Shown one piece after another: positions 12,533 to 13,293 of a DNA stretch of 13,293 nucleotides. Below the pieces are notes generated by a model, which ran no database searches, was not told where the DNA came from, and worked only from the letters and a program-made list of their open reading frames with translations. The DNA is from a virus (taxonomy: Duplodnaviria; Heunggongvirae; Uroviricota; Caudoviricetes): the IMG/VR virus record IMGVR_UViG_2563366821_000011; one strand, given 5' to 3'. Position 1 is the first letter of the stretch. Every line of letters starts with the position of its first letter. The translations under genes were made by a program, and so were the position numbers.

Positions 12533-13293
12533 TGTCTGATCAACCAGTAGTTATTACTGTCTACCGGAACACTGACGGTAACCTGCGGTTCAGTATTGCT
12601 GGCGTGTTCCGGTTGCGAAGTGAACCAGCGTACCGCGCGGTGACGATTTTCTCGTTGTGAATGGCCGATAAACCAGGGTTGGGTGACATAGCCGTAATAA
12701 CGCGTTGGTACATTGCGCGTAAACAAGGTCGGCAGCGTCGAAACGTAAAATCCAGCACGCGAGACATACACCGCCTGTTCAACCATCGACGAGGAGTTGT
12801 GCGCCAGTCGCAGCAAGTAACCAACTTCCAGTGCAGCGGTAATTTCATTGTCGAGGCTTTCATTTTCGCGAGACAGGAGATTCCCCTCGCTGACTAATGC
12901 ATCCGATACGCCATTGACTGGCAGGGTGCGCCGTCGGTTGAGTTCGATTTGCCAGGTGTGCTCGTCGCGATGCTGTTCGAACTCGGTTACGGCATTACGC
13001 AGAGAGGTGAAATCCAGTGGCGCCACGAGAGCTTCGCGCATGCCATTACGCAAAAAGATCAGTTTGTCGACGTTATACTGCAAATGCTTATCGAGCGCGT
13101 TGGCTACGTTTTCCAGATGATTACGCTGGCTGGAGATATAGGCATCTTCCAGCACCACCACTTCACGCCAGGTGAGCAAGGTGGAAAAAAGCAATACCAC
13201 GATAAAGCAGAGATTAACGATATGACCAGGCCCCAGGCGGCGTGCGAGTTTTTTCAACCAGCTCTGGTTTTCCATTTTTGTCTCGTGCTGCAC
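12502..13293 (-). pseudogene. dgcQ: 5-prime fragment of a DgcQ/YedQ-like membrane-anchored diguanylate cyclase gene (N-terminal TM and periplasmic sensor domain only; GGDEF domain absent)
   Basis: The ORF starts at the window edge (GTG) and reads [15 protein letters not shown]..., with a signal-anchor TM ([18 protein letters not shown]) and a periplasmic-type domain. It ends after 263 aa with a short unrelated tail ([13 protein letters not shown]) and has no GGDEF motif. Identity is from memory of E. coli YedQ (about 564 aa). Confidence 0.55.

Noticed and set aside
1-13293. CRISPR arrays, tRNA or rRNA genes
   Set aside because: No regularly spaced direct repeats with unique spacers and no tRNA-like or rRNA-like segments were seen anywhere in the window.

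Overview
The window is an accessory island between two chromosomal genes: yedK (SRAP abasic-site peptidase, 1-669, +) and the 5-prime part of a DgcQ/YedQ-like diguanylate cyclase gene (12502-13293, -) that appears truncated. The island holds a complete 768-bp IS1 (865-1632) with no flanking target-site duplication, followed by about 10.5 kb that is the early region of a Mu-like transposable phage. That region contains a leftward XRE-type repressor translationally coupled to an AT-rich membrane-protein gene, a divergent promoter with a perfect palindromic operator, a small HTH gene in the ner position, two extra genes (winged-HTH and DUF3102-like), DDE transposase A, AAA+ protein B, Gam, a chain of small coupled ORFs (zinc ribbon, MazG-like, small membrane proteins, DUF2786-like), GemA and Mor. 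After mor there is a hairpin terminator and a 3-TM membrane protein gene where Mu would carry C. No late, lysis or structural genes and no recognisable Mu-type ends are present, so this is a defective early-region remnant. The best candidates for an undescribed system are the repressor-coupled membrane protein (1664-2650), the membrane protein downstream of mor (11549-12181) and the MazG-like gene (8984-9280). No rRNA, tRNA or CRISPR array was seen. All protein-family calls are from reading the translations by eye; no database search was run.
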